A stretch of 64,000 nucleotides of DNA from Octopus sinensis (taxonomy: Eukaryota). The notes below the pieces were generated by a model. It was not told where the DNA came from. It made no database searches and was given only the letters and a program-made list of their open reading frames with translations. Position numbers and translations under genes: made by a program. The DNA lies in contig NC_043006.1 in the NCBI RefSeq assembly GCF_006345805.1, positions 96,224,001 through 96,288,000 on the forward strand, given 5' to 3'. Of the stretch, positions 38,038-52,712 are shown piece by piece. How positions within the stretch are numbered: the stretch's first letter is position 1; each line of letters opens with the position of its first letter.

Positions 38038-38722
38038 GCAGTCCCTCCATCGTTGTCGACGATGAACAAGGACATCATATGGGAGAAGATGCAGCAAAAT
38101 GTATCTGTGCGGTCAATCAGACTGGTGCATAAGCGGGAGCCTCTACCGCAGGTCGGGTACTGGTGCTTTGTTGGTACTGTAGGTAAGGGTATGGCTGTGT
38201 CCCTGCAGTTCTGCTCGGTTCGTAGAAGGTGGCATCTCTATTGATGCAGCTTCGCCAGACAGGTCAATCTTGTGCTTGCATTTCCCAGGTGTCGAGGTTG
38301 ATTTCAAAGCTGTTCAGTGAGGCTTTGAGTGTGACCTTGAAACGCTTTTTCTGTCCACCTTCGGTGAGCTTGCGCAGTTCATTATAAAACGGTCTCTTGG
38401 GGAGCCGTGCATCAGGCATTCGAAGAAGGTGACTTGCCCACCTGGCTACCGCTCTTCTCAGCAAGGCAGAAATGGAAATGCTAGGCAGATTGGCTTGAGA
38501 GAGAACCTTGGTCTTCGACCTTGTCTTGCCAGGTGATTTTCAACAGCTTTTTCAGGCATTTAATGTAGAAGAGGTTTAGTTTTTTGGCGTAGCGTTCACA
38601 AGCCATCCAAGTCTCGCAGACGTACAGTAGCGTAGACAGCACAAAAGCTTTGTATACTTTCAACTTGGTGGCCAGCCAAATGCCTCTCCTCCTCCACGCT
38701 GATTCACGTAGCTTTCTGAATG
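38038..38722 (-). mobile_element. 5'-truncated RTE-clade LINE
   Basis: TKLKVYKAFVLSTLLYVCETW, RWASHLLRMPDARLPK, GGQKKRFK motifs (ORFs 38481-38729 and 38264-38464) followed by a 3' end gtccttgttcatcgtcgacaacgatggagggac. Confidence 0.9.
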
Positions 38723-39542
38723 TATACACTCATACACAGATATATAGAAACATAAAGTTAAATTTAATAGATATTCAAATGTTTGAATGAAACATCGACA
38801 ACGAAATCTGTGAGCATATTTGAGAAACCTGATTTATTAAGAGGTCGCAAACCAATTAACGCCCCTGCCGAACCGTTTGCGTTCTGATGGAATATTATTA
38901 TTGCTGGTTATATTCCCACAAGAAGAAGCATCAAATGGATGGTAAAATATGTAGATACTATCTAGACTTTAAGTAAATTTGCAACGATGAATTATTGATT
39001 TGATGCTTGTTTGAAAATGGCGTACAAATGTTTGAATATAATAAAGCCAAATATAGGAAATATAGCGAAAGGGAATTGTGTTACATCATAAGAAACACTC
39101 AGTCAGTACGCAGTTAAATAAACATATAAGCAGACATACACACGTACACACACATACGCACACACGCACACATGTAGAAACACACACACAACACAACACA
39201 AACACTAACATACACATACACATACATGCACAGACGCACACACATACACACACATCCACACACATGTAAATGTGTGTATATATGTATATACATATATTTA
39301 TACGTGTATATATTTACATACGCACACGCGCATATATATATATATACATATATATGTATATATGTATATGTGTAATTATATGTATATACATATATATATA
39401 TGTATGTATATATGTATGTATATGTATATATATATATGTATGTATATGTATATATATATATTTATGTATATGTATATATGTACATATACACATATATACA
39501 TATATTCATATATATATATAGGTTTATGTAGGTATATATGTA

Positions 39543-39616
<74 letters not shown>

Positions 39617-40502
39617 CCTAACCATTAAATCGAATCACTGACATTAAGTTTATCACATTTTACGTACATAGACACACACACACACTTATACTCGATCGAC
39701 TAAGTGTTATATAGGTATTATATTCTTGGTCAAAACGAGGCTTATAAATACTGAGAGTGTACGATTTAAACGTTTATGAAGTAATATTTAACATTTATAA
39801 TATCTATCAGTTGCCGAATTATTTGGACATAAGTGTAGAAATAAAATGATATAATGTTATAACTGATTGACTACGTGTCGTTCGTGGTATTAGATAGAGG
39901 AAAGTGAAAGTAGAGCATTAGAAATGAAGAGAAATGTAAGAACGAAAAATATGGAGTAAAAATGAAAGATGTGGGGAAGGTTTGAGATTCGAAGAACGAG
40001 ACGGTAAGAATAGTAGAACGAAAGAGATGGGAATGAAGGAAAGAGACAGGTATGAAGGAAAGAGAGGAGTATGATGAAAGAAAGAAAGAAAGAAAGAAAG
40101 AAGGAAAGAAGGAAAGAAAGAAAGAACGAAAGAAAGAAAGTACGAGCGAGGTAGCAACACTTAGATTGTTCGCTGAACTTAAATAACAGTGTTTAGATTC
40201 GTCGTGGATAAAGTTTATATTCATGAGAAAGGAATATATATGTGTGTGCGTGCGTGTGTCTCTGTGTGGTGTGTGTGTGTGTGTGTGTGGTGTGTGTGTG
40301 TGTGTGTAAGAAAGAGAGTGTATGTTTTGTGAGGTTTGTGAGTGGGTGAGTGACAACATAGAGAGAAAAAGAATTGGGTATGACATGGAATTAAAGACGT
40401 AAATATAATTGCGAGAGTTGGAGAGAGGAAAATTATACAGCCACATAAAAGATAGGGAAGATATGAAGAAGAAAAACTGAGGCAGATTGAGAGGAATAGT
40501 AT

Positions 40503-40662
<160 letters not shown>

Positions 40663-40959
40663 TGTTGGCACAATACAAGGAGAATAGTTGAATGGTACTT
40701 GAATAGAACAATAAGATGGGAAGTTATACACCATTCGATAGGTAAAATCAAGTTACTTTTCTATTTATGAGGAATACAGAAATCAGTTTAGTTTTGGTTT
40801 TTATCTATGAGAGATATTTTGAACAGAAATAGAAGGAAGACATTTTTTAAAGCATTTTGCCTCACAACTAAACAAATCTGCCAGCTTACCAACTTCACCT
40901 CGCCATTATACAGCAATGTATAACACACGCTAGTAATGGCAAGTCAGAAAGAAGAAAAA

Positions 40960-40971
40960 GATAGATAGATC

Positions 40972-41016
<45 letters not shown>

Positions 41017-41023
41017 GTTGATT

Positions 41024-41114
<91 letters not shown>
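40960..41114. repeat. (GATA)n flanking the Tx1 3' end
   Basis: Direct reading. Confidence 0.95.
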
Positions 41115-41115
<1 letters not shown>

Positions 41116-41471
41116 GTAGGTATGTTTCTTTATTAGCCACACAGGGCTGCACACAGACGGGACAAATTACAAGGTAGAGCTTTTCTTTTTGGGGATAAAA
41201 AGGGGGCTTTGGTTTTCGATCAAAAGGGATCGTAAAAGGAAAGAAAGAGGAAAGCAAAAAAAGGGGGGGGATAAAAAGAAAAAGAAAAAGAAAATATCGA
41301 TCAATAGGTATCGTTATCACAGAAATGTCAATATAAAGTGTAAAGGGGAGGACAAGTGAGGTTTACCCGTGGAAAGAAAAGCCTACGGAAAAGACCACGG
41401 TAACCTCGGTCAATGAGTCACATGTTATATTTTTTTACAAATAAGCAACTCTCTGTATTAATTTTTACGGT

Positions 41472-44400
41472 TCATAGGATCATAGTCAAGGTGGCTTCGT
41501 CATTCATACGTGCCATCCTTGCTACATTCACTCATCTTTTTTTAAAACATTCACTAGACAAAACTTGCCTCTCTACTCTCACTTTCTTCTTCAAGTGATA
41601 CTTGAAGAAGTTGACGACAGATTGACCATAGAGGAAAGTGTTTGTCTCTAATCTTTTCAGGCGCGTCCACCAGATACATTCTTTCGCCATAGCTACAAGT
41701 ATGATAAAATAGCTCTTCCTTCCCGTTTGAAGGAAAGTAGCGTGACGATATTAACGATAGAATCGGCTGATAAACCGACTCGTCCCACACGTGACAGCAG
41801 CCGTTCGACATAAGCCCACAGGTCGGAGATTGTTGGACACTGCACGATTGCGTGCAGAACGGTTTCGTCGATCTGACCGCATCTCGGGCAGGTCGGTCCC
41901 GTGTTTCTCGAGCCATGCCTATAGAGCTTATCCCGAACGGGTAGCGCTTCTCGGTAGCACCGCCAGGCCAGGGATCTCTGGAAGTTGTCCATAGGTCCCA
42001 GCATGAAAGTCGTCTCAAACAGGCGGGTCAGGTATTCCTCGTCGACGCCCAGGTTCGCCTCAAGATCGTCGTCGTACCTCCCCTCCACTAATCCCCTCGC
42101 GGTGCCATTCGCCCTTCCTCGGCCTCTTTTTGATCCACGACACGTGTTCTGTCATGGAGACGAGCTGCGGGAATGTGTGCCTCACAAACGGCGACCACAT
42201 CTGTTCACCGTCGTCAACATAGAGCCGGAGATGTCGCAATCTCAGCGCGTGTCTGCGCATCATCAACCACGGCAACCTTTTAACGGGTGTTGACAGCAAA
42301 TGGATCACCTGACCATCGGGACGCATCCTTTCCACAAGAAGCGGAAGAGAAAGTGTTCTAGTTTGGTGATGGTAGGGTCGGGACAAGGTACGACGGTCAG
42401 GCGGTAGTAGATTATGGACGCGATGTAGGTGTTCGCCACCTCCGCCCGACTTTTTAGGGACAGTTTCCTCTCGGCCCATTGCCGGGCGAGAGTGACCACC
42501 CTACTCGTTATCTCGTTCCAGTTCTCCATTTGGAGGTCCGGACCGAACCAGACCCCGAGCAACTCAACCGGGCCGTCCGTCCAACGTCCCACGACAGAGG
42601 TGCTGGTGGACAGCATGGGCTTGCTTCTCCAGGTGCCGAGCCGCAAGTCCACTGACTTTTCCTGGTTGATTTTTGCTCCTGTCACCGCTTCGTAGTTCTT
42701 TCAGTGTCTCGCCGACCAGCTCGATGTGCTTGTGGCTTGACACAATGACGGTGACGTCGTCCGCATATGCAGACACGCTAGTCCCGCATCCCAATTCTCG
42801 CGGGATGTCCCTCAGAGTCGCCAGCTTCCTCAGTAGTGGCTCGAGAGTGAATACGTATAGAAGCGACGAGAGGGGGCATCCCTGATGGACCGAACATGCA
42901 ATGTCGAAGGGTTTCGATAGATGTCCATTTACGTGAATTACCGAACGGATACCTCTGTACAAAGTAGCTGTCAAGCCGCGGAAGACGGGACCGAAACCAG
43001 CCGCTCTCAGGACTGCCTCCAAGTATCAAGCTTTCGATTGATCCAAATTGATCAGGGCCCCATCCATGCCAGGTTCCTTAACTACTCTGTCTATGATGTA
43101 GCGCATCAGATGGAGGTTGTTATGGATGCTCCGGCCCGGCACGGCGCAAGTTTGCGCCTTGTCGACCAGTTTCTCGATGACAAGCGCCAACCTCTTGGCT
43201 AGCACCTTGGTCAAAATTTTCAGGTCTGCATTGAGCAGAGTGATTGGCCTAAAGTTATCTATAATGTCCCCCTTGTTTGGATTTTTCTTCAGCAGTGTTA
43301 CGGCTGTTCGACTCACAAAACCGGGTATGCTCCCGTTTTGCTGCCAGTTGCAGTATACCGCTGCCAAGACGTCTCCAAACAAGTCTGGCATACAATTGTA
43401 AAACACGTAGGGCAGACCATCCAAACCCGGCGATTTGTCTCTCGAGCATTCTGCCATCGCGTCCCGCACATCCGCCGCCGTGATGGCACCTTCGCAGCAC
43501 TCTGCTTCTCTTGCCGAGAGTTGTGGCAGGCTGTATAGGTAGGCACTGAAGTACACTCTGCGTTCATGCTCGCCACTCTTCCCGTACAGTCGGACAAAGT
43601 GCCGCTGAAATGCCTCGCACATCTTGCTGGGCTCGAGCAATTCGCGCCCTTGTTCGTCTACCAGAGACTGAATAGTGGCTTTGTTGCCCTGCTGCGCCTC
43701 CGCCACCCGGGCCTCTCTCGCGGCTCCAACACGTTCCATCCTTAGAGCACGCATCCTAGCCCTGACAGCACACCTTTCGTGTTTGGCGTTGAAGTGTTGG
43801 TCAAGGGCCAACCGCGCCGCTAAAACGTCGGATGTGATGCCTCTTCTAAATTCTTAACTAACTCACCATCTACTCTATTTCTATCTACGGCTAGTGCCTT
43901 GCTATATCTAATTGCTTCTGCTTTTACTGCTCTCTTGAGGGAGAACCACCATTTGTTGTTGACGATGGCTCCCGTTAAAGCCCTCTTTACTAACGTGTTG
44001 ATTCTGTCTCTGAAAACCTGTTTGGACGGGAAAGATGCGTTTAGTTTCCAGTAACCGAGACTCTGTCTAGCGTACACGTCACGAATTCGTGGTCCGTGTA
44101 GCTGACTGTGTGGAATTGTGGACATCCTAAATTATCCCTGTCTACTGTCCTACACAGTATCCTATCTGGATACGATCTCGACGACCCACTGCGGTTGATC
44201 CATGTCCACGTTAGTGCATTTGGGTGGTCGAGTCAGTACCTATCAGACAGTTGGAATCGTCTGAGCAGGTCTCTGAGGCATTTGCATCCCGTTCTGTTTT
44301 TGTCTCTACCCACATAGCTTAGATGCGTGTCCAAGGTAGCATTCCAATCCCCCACTAAAAGTAAAGGACGAAACGTTCCCAGGAATACTTCTAGACGTCG

Positions 44401-44736
44401 AAAGAAATCCGGCCGACCTGTGAAAGGCGGTGCGTAGACTGATACGAGTCGAAAAGCGCACCCATTGCTGCCGTCTACGAATATCGTCTTGACTTCGAGA
44501 TCCAGGCACTTGTGAAAAAGTACCGCGGTGCCACTACCGCCCATCCACGGCAGACAGGGAGCAAAATAAATGTTAAACTGTCCGCCAAACACGGAATTTA
44601 GGGCCCGTGGCTCGTGGAGTCTGGTCTCACTTATGGCTATGATTCCCAAATCGTGTGACTTGATGTCATTTAGGAGGTATCCTTGTTTCCAAGGAGACCC
44701 CAAGCCACGCGCATTCATACAACCAATCTTGACCAT
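41472..44736 (-). pseudogene. ORF2 (APE endonuclease, RT, C-terminal Zn finger), frameshifted
   Basis: MVKIGCMNARGL...ISETRL, LVGDWN (APE); KSPGLDGLP, FRPITLLNADLKILTKVLAKRL, LDQSKA, HQGCPLS, YADDVTV, GAKINQEKS (RT); CPRCGQIDETVLHAIVQCP. Confidence 0.93.
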
Positions 44737-44840
44737 GATCCTATTGAGTTGTGTGCTTTAAAACACAAACGAAAAGAAAGGAGAGTTACTTACCTTTCGA
44801 AGGATTTGTCTCCTCCTTTGATTTTTCATCAAGGAGGCTG

Positions 44841-46849
44841 TTATACGTTTTTTTTACATAAATATTTGTGACATCCCCCTACCGCATTGGGATAGAGGGA
44901 TTTTAGTGTGTGGTGCAATGTTTGTGATATGTGATACATTTTTATGTGTTCTGGTGCTGTTGTGTGTGGGTGGTTGTTCGTTTTAATGTCGTTTTCTGTA
45001 ATGTTTGTGCTTGTATTGATGTATTTCATCAACTCTGTGTTTTTAGTGTCTATGGCTGTGAGCATATTCCTTTTATATATGTTTGTGGCGTTGATATTAT
45101 TTGTGGTAGGGTTTGAGATGTCTTCGGGAGATGTATATCTCCCTGCTTTGTTTGCGTTTGTGTTGGGCTTTGTCCTTTTTTTTGCTTCTTTTCCTCCTTC
45201 CTTTTCTGGCTATTTGCCATTCCTCAGTGCTTTCGTCCTCCGACGAAATTTCAGAGGAATCGGAAGGACGTAGGGGCATGTTGTAGGCTTCAATGTTTTT
45301 GTGTAATTGGTTGTGTTGTTGTTTTCGTTGATGTTGTTTGTTGACTGCTTGTGTGTGATGTGAGGGAAGGGGAATCAGTTTTTGTATTGTCTTTTGGTTT
45401 TACTGTTTCTTTAGTTCTTGCTGTTGGTGGCGTTTTTTCAGATGTTGTTGTGTGTTCATTTGTTGGTATTGGCGGGTTTGGTTTTTTACTCCCTTTGTTT
45501 GTCCTGTGCCGGTGGTGGTGTAGGTAGTAGTGGTCTGTTCTTGCTGTTGTTGTTGGTGTTTTTCCAGATGTTGTTGTATGTTCATTTGTTGGTGTTGGCG
45601 AGTTTGGTTCCGTATTCCCTTTCCTTGTCCCCTGTGCTGATGGTGGTGTGGGTAGTAGTGGTTCCTTTTTCTTTTGACTTTTTCCTTGTTGTTGTTGTTC
45701 TTGCTCTGGTTTTGTTGTTGTTTTTTTGCTGTTGGGCAATCGTTTTGGGGTGTTCTTCGCTTCCACACAAGTAACAGCGAGGCCTCCTAAACTCTACCAC
45801 CACGTAAAGGAAATTGCCATCTGGCAGCTCAATTTGGTGGGGGATACTATTGATTTGCTTTTGATCAATTTGCATCAATAATTGGACAATTTTCCCCGAC
45901 CATTTGTTTTCCTCCAAGGCGGCATATTCTAGAATATTTATGTTTTCCTCCATTTTGTAGCAAATAGTTGACAACAGCCACTGTAAATCTATTTCTGGTG
46001 GGACATTTCGAATAGAAATTTTGGTCACGCGTTGACCAAGGTAGGTCGGAATTAAAATTAGTTTTCCGACTGTAATGCGAGCGTCGAAAGTTATTTCGCT
46101 CTTTCTTCGCTGTCGAAGCGAACCTGTATTGTGGCATATTTGTTTGCCCAATTTAAATAAGTCTTGCATGCCCATATTGGCCGTAAACATTTCTCAATCA
46201 GTTCTGGTCTGCGTGTTTTTATGTTTAGGACTTTGTATATTATTGTTTTCTTTTGTGTGTTGTCTATGATGTTTTCTGGTATATGTAAGCGTAGATGTGA
46301 ACCTTCTTCAGTTAACAGGGCTTTTGCTTGTTTTATTTGTTCTGTTGTGAAGTGTAATATTGTCTTTTTTGGTTTTAATGCTTGTGCAAAATTGGGTTTG
46401 GTCGTAGTGTTGGTGGAAGAGGTGTCACTTGTAGTAGTTGAGGTTGTAGAAGTGGTGTTATTGTTGGCAGTTATCGTACACGGCAAAACAACGATATCGT
46501 TGTTGTTATTGTCGTTCTTGGTGGCGGTGGTGGTGTTGTTGTTATTGTCGTTCTTGGTGGCGGTGCTGGTGTTAGTGGCAAGGGAGGCAGCCGTAGTAAC
46601 AGATATTGATGTGATGGCATTGGTATTGACGGCACGGTGTTGATGGTGGAATCATTGGTGGACGGCCTGCGACCTTAGTTTTGTAGTTGTTGCTGTTGTT
46701 GATGCTGACGGTGGTGGTGGTGGTGGTGGTGGTGGGGTGTTAGTGGTGTTCAAACAGTCAGGTTCAGCGTTTAGTGGCAGGGAATCTTGCTCCTTTGTTT
46801 CGCCGTCACGCCTGACTTGCGCTTTGGCCTCGTGGTGACTAGTAGCCAT
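44841..46849 (-). pseudogene. ORF1 (gag-like, CCHC zinc knuckle), frameshifted
   Basis: KPNFAQALK motif, an RRM-like segment (KISIRNVPPEI) and RRPRCYLCGSEEH..(D)CP across a frameshift; Thr/Gln/Lys-rich termini. Confidence 0.7.
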
Positions 46850-47068
46850 TTTTGAAAATAAAAATGGCTAGAATGAACCACGAAGCCTTTGAGAATTTTT
46901 TAAAATTTTGCCCACAAAGGGCGAAATTTTGTGTGGGTGTTAATGAAAATATGTTTTGGGTGTTGTTGTACACCTTTTAGACATAAAATGTTTGACACTC
47001 AACAATTTTAAACGTAGAAAACTATGACTTACTTGGAGCCTATTTGACTTGCGTCTGTCCAGTTCGAG

Positions 47069-47668
<600 letters not shown>

Positions 47669-47738
<70 letters not shown>

Positions 47739-47739
47739 T

Positions 47740-47811
<72 letters not shown>
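47669..47811. repeat. (GATA)n
   Basis: Direct reading. Confidence 0.95.
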
Positions 47812-47812
<1 letters not shown>

Positions 47813-49214
47813 AATTATGTCTCTTCATCAAAATAGCCCCGTCCTTAGTCCGTTCACTGTGTTGTGAATCTTATCATTCAGTTGGTATATCTCTTTTCTT
47901 GAAAGAAAATCAAACGGAATCGCGTCGTTTTGTTGGTCTTATGAACACCTTATAAATACCTTATGTATTTGAGAATTTGTGTTTGGTCTGTGAGCAAGTG
48001 CATATATATGTGTGTTTGCCTGGAAAGAGGATATTGGTATATGAAGTTATGTCTTTGCGTGTCTGCGTGATTGCTGAACCATTTGATTATATATTCGTGC
48101 ATGTCTTTTGGCATCTACGTTTGTCTTTTGGAAAGACCTGATCAAGATGTTTGGTTATGTCACTAACGGATGAGCGTCGCTTTGAAAGAAACACAGACAC
48201 TGCTCGTGAACATGCTTTTCTGTGTGTGTGTGAGTCTGTTGAAACCGCTTCATGCTGATTAATGTCTGATGTTTTTATTAAAAAAAATTATTTCCTTTCT
48301 TTTTTGTTAAACGATCTATTTTTGCTGGAAGAAATAATTCAATTAATTTCGTTGCTCGCGATTCATCATTTATTTATGTGAAAATATTCAAAAAATTGCT
48401 ATGCAGTGGAGGTCTTGCTGATGCTATCAATAATAAATGCACGGAATTTTATTTGGATAGAGGATACAAAAGCCGTTGTGATGTTTTTTCTTCGAATTTT
48501 ATATTAAGCTGCTGGTATGCTATTGTGGGATTAAGGAGATATTTTCGAAAGTAAGTCCATAAAGAAATGAGTGCTTTGTGTATATGAAATAGTATAGATT
48601 GGTATTTCAGATTACCAGTCGTTCTATGAGACAAAGGCTACAGAAAGAATTTGATTGGGAAAAGCACCATTAAATAATGTGGAGCGTTTTTTTTACCACA
48701 AACGAAATGTATGATTAGAGTAGATTCTAATCTCTTTTGAAATGTTCTAAATGTACAATTATGTTGATACAATCTGTTTTTAAATTGATTAGCATTTCTT
48801 AGATAGATAAACTCAGAACAGTTCTTAAATCGATTAACTAACGACGCTGTAATTCTATAATTGGATCATTCTTTCCCCTACCATCGCTTGTTTTCAAGTC
48901 TACACACGAAAGAATTATATATTCTATTTTCATTTGCTAATACATCTGAATGTTAGTCGTCTTTAGTAACCAGCCATTTAGCTGATTCTACATACAAGCA
49001 CACACACTTCGCGCTGGTTCAACACGTTAAAGTATATTTTCATTAGGTACGAAGAAGTACATACATGTGCCTTTATATATTCACACACACACAGATGACG
49101 CACACACACACACGCACACACACACCCACACACACACCCCATACAGAGAAAGAGAGAAACGTATTTCTTAGAATCTAATAAAAGCATGTTCTAATGTGTT
49201 GAATCAGCATATAT

Positions 49215-49316
49215 ACATGTGTGTGTGTGTGCAGACATATATATATATGTATGTATGTATATATATATATCTATGTGTATTTATATACATACATACTATA
49301 TATATATATATATAAC

Positions 49317-49347
<31 letters not shown>

Positions 49348-49369
49348 CATACATATATATATTACATAC

Positions 49370-49413
<44 letters not shown>

Positions 49414-49796
49414 CATACATATATATATATATATACATACTACATATGTACATATATATATATATATACATACATACATACCTATATATAATATACATAC
49501 ATACATACATATATATACATACATACATATATATATATATACATTACATTATCATATACATATATATATATACATTATATATATATATATACATACATAT
49601 ATATATATTATACATACATATATATATATACATACTTACATACATATAGATATATATATATACATACTACATACATACATACAACATACATATATATATT
49701 ATATACATACGTACATACATATACATACATATATATATATATATACATACATATATATATATATATATACATACATATATACATATATATATATAC

Positions 49797-49827
<31 letters not shown>

Positions 49828-49945
49828 CATACATATATATATATATATATATACATACATACATATATATATATATACATACATACATACATACATATAT
49901 ATATATACATACATACATATATACATACATACATACATACATACA

Positions 49946-49977
<32 letters not shown>

Positions 49978-50050
49978 CATACATATACATACATATATAT
50001 ATATTATATATAATATATATATAATATATTATATATATATATATATATAT
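49215..50050. repeat. Long compound (TA)n/(TACA)n tract, representative of many such tracts in the window
   Basis: Direct reading. Similar tracts at 11985-12370, 21700-22280, 25320-25620, 39270-39620 and 57470-58260. Confidence 0.95.
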
Positions 50051-50119
50051 AGTCGGACTGACCCCAGAACAATGTACTTGGGGAGCAAGCTTCGTAATAA
50101 TTATATATATATATATATA

Positions 50120-50502
50120 CGAAGCTTGCTTTCCAAGTACATTGTTCTGGGTTCAGTCCGACTGCGTGGCACCTTGGGCGAGTGACCAAGATTTGTGAGT
50201 AGATTTGGTAGACGAAACTTAAAGAAGTTCGTTGTGTATATGTGTGTGTGTGTATGTGTGTGTGTGTTGTGTGTATGTATGCATATGTATATAGCTTCTT
50301 TGTTTCTTTGTTTGTCCCCATCACCGTTTGGCAACCGGTGTTGTGTGTTTACGTCCCCGTAACGTAGCAGTTCGGCAAGGAAACCGATATAGTAAGTACT
50401 AGACTTAAGAAATAGGGCGTGGGATCGATTTTTTCGACTAAAATCCCTTCAAGGCGGTGCTCCACCATTGCCACATTCAAATGACTAAAACAAGTAAAGA
50501 AT

Positions 50503-50505
<3 letters not shown>
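50120..50505 (+). mobile_element. Family-A SINE (degenerate)
   Basis: gggttcagtccgactgcgtggcaccttgggc head and aaacaagtaaagaat tail. Confidence 0.8.
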
Positions 50506-50546
<41 letters not shown>

Positions 50547-50689
50547 TATACACATATATATATATACATATTATATATATGTATATATATATATATATTG
50601 TGTGTGTGTGTGTGTGTGGTGTATGTATATATATATGTATGTATATGTATGTATATATATTATATATATATATATATGTGTGTGTGTGT

Positions 50690-50883
50690 ATGTAAATGTG
50701 ACCTCGTGTGTACCGTTGGCGATTTTTTTTCCTCTGTCTTCCCTTCTCGGAATCTTTCCTTCTCCTATGTTTCCGACGAAGAGCTCCGCTCGAAACGTTA
50801 ACCTTCCTTCTTCCCTTCTTTCCATACTATATTTGTTCCACGTTCTCGCGTTGTTGTGTTTTTTTTTGTGTTTCTTTTTGGAT

Positions 50884-50890
<7 letters not shown>
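50690..50890 (+). mobile_element. pLTR-like repeat with hammerhead-like motif (U4C) at 50769-50802
   Basis: GUUU-CCGACGA-A-GAGC(UCC)GCUC-GAAAC-GU-U-AAC; the 3' part is the reverse complement of the repeat at about 19165-19270. Confidence 0.55.
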
Positions 50891-50926
<36 letters not shown>

Positions 50927-50928
<2 letters not shown>

Positions 50929-51729
50929 ACAATTGAGGGTAAAATTAATTAATTATTAATCAATTTCACCAAGTATTCAGTATGTAAGGGACCATTTTAG
51001 GCGAATTCAAAATATTACATTATATATAAGGGCTTAGTAAAATAAATTACTTTGCCACATACTGAACTCATTAGAAATAGCAGCTAAAGAAATTTCTTTA
51101 GCTATTTCTAATACTTAAAGAAGATCTCTCTCAGATCTCTCTCAGATCTCTCGCTGCTATTTCTAATGAGTTCATTATATATAATGTAATATTTTGAATT
51201 CGCCTAAAATGGTCCCTTTACATACTGAATACTTGGTGAAATTGATTAATAATTAATTAACTTTACCCTCAATTGTTGAAATTATAATTCATTTCTCTCT
51301 GTTTAATGCTTCGGTTTTCACCGATAAAACATAGTGTTTGTCAATTTTAACCCACGCTGGTGGAAAGGGGAGAGCAGAAATTCTTCGCTTGCATATTTTG
51401 AATTGATAGCACTTTTAGTTCGAGCGGAATTCTAGAGGTGATAAGAACCAAAAGGGTATGCTCCCACTTTCAGTGTTCCCAAATCCGAATCAAGGAGTTC
51501 TGAGCTGACGAAAGAAATGTCGATTTGACTAATCTAGAAACGTACGTTCTCAAATAACCTTTGCACTTGATTTTTTAATGTTTTTTCCCCCATACCTTTG
51601 TGAGTTGGTTTGAGCAAACACTATCTGAGAGAGATCTCTTTTAAGTATTAGAAATAGCTAAAGAAATTTCTTTAGCTGCTATTTCTAATGAGTTCAGTAT
51701 GTGGCAAAGTAATTTTTTTACTAAGCCCT

Positions 51730-51737
<8 letters not shown>
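50927..51737. repeat. Nested palindrome complex
   Basis: 50927-51278 folds back with arms of about 100 bp; 51623-51737 is the reverse complement of about 51020-51135; internal perfect palindrome agctaaagaaatttctttagct. Confidence 0.88.
51501..51552 (+). ncRNA. Type-I hammerhead ribozyme motif
   Basis: UGAG-CUGACGA-A-AGA[aauGUCgauuuGACuaa]UCU-A-GAAAC-GUAC-GUU-CUCA; palindromic ACGUACGU helix III. Confidence 0.72.
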
Positions 51738-51828
<91 letters not shown>

Positions 51829-51859
51829 GGGAATCCACTCAAGCCCAACAAAAGTGACC

Positions 51860-52400
51860 AATAATATGTCGTAAGGAATTGTGTTGGTCTACTTCTCTCT
51901 ATAGATTATCTAAACATCTTAAATATCAACAAGTACGGTAAAGATCTTTCGAGTCCAACTTTCAGAAATCTTTTAATGGAGAAGACTAAAAGAGATTCCC
52001 GCCTGACCGACCCGATCTACTTCTTGTATGTCAACGGGAAGACAGAAATATCATGCTGTTAAAGGAGAGAAAATTTGAACCCACGCACTTTGAAAATAGA
52101 ATGTGCTCAATCAACCGTGCATCCTTCCTTAGAATCACCTTTTCCTTTCAACAATATCGAAGATTTAGGAGTAATTGTTGAAAGCAACCTCAGCTGGAGC
52201 GCTCACAACAATAAAGTTGATATTGCTAACACGATGAATTTCAAAGCCCACAAAATTTTCAGGTCATCACCCCCACTTTGTACACTCACACCTAGAATAA
52301 TGTTGCCCCATGTAGTCTCCCCATACCAATTAAACCATCAAAATTGGGGCACACCAGTAAACAATTTCATATGAAAGGGCATGACTGATCTTGATTAGTG
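51860..52400 (+). pseudogene. Old CR1/L2/Jockey-group LINE RT fragment
   Basis: GIVLGLLLSIDYLN (QGSVLGPLLF-like) and IEDLGVIVESNLSWSAH (KDLGV..D..LSW..H-like). Confidence 0.65.
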
Positions 52401-52469
52401 AGACTACTTAAAACATCGAAACTATATCCTCTTCAGTGTCACTGTGAACTCAGCATCATGTACTCAATG

Positions 52470-52536
<67 letters not shown>

Positions 52537-52712
52537 TGTGTGTGTCTGTGTCTGTGTGTTTATTGCCACTTCGGCGTGGCTGTTCCATGTAGAACCATGT
52601 TACTGAATTTTAACCCCAGGAAACCCTCTTTTCCAGGTGGTTAACAGCACACAGCCTGTGTCTGATTTATTGTGACGAAGAGAGGGAGCCACTCCCCTCC
52701 AGCGTAGCAAGA

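Noticed and set aside
48461-48550. AG...GTAAGT-bounded 90-nt open segment
   Set aside because: Weak acceptor, unrecognisable peptide, and such segments are expected by chance.
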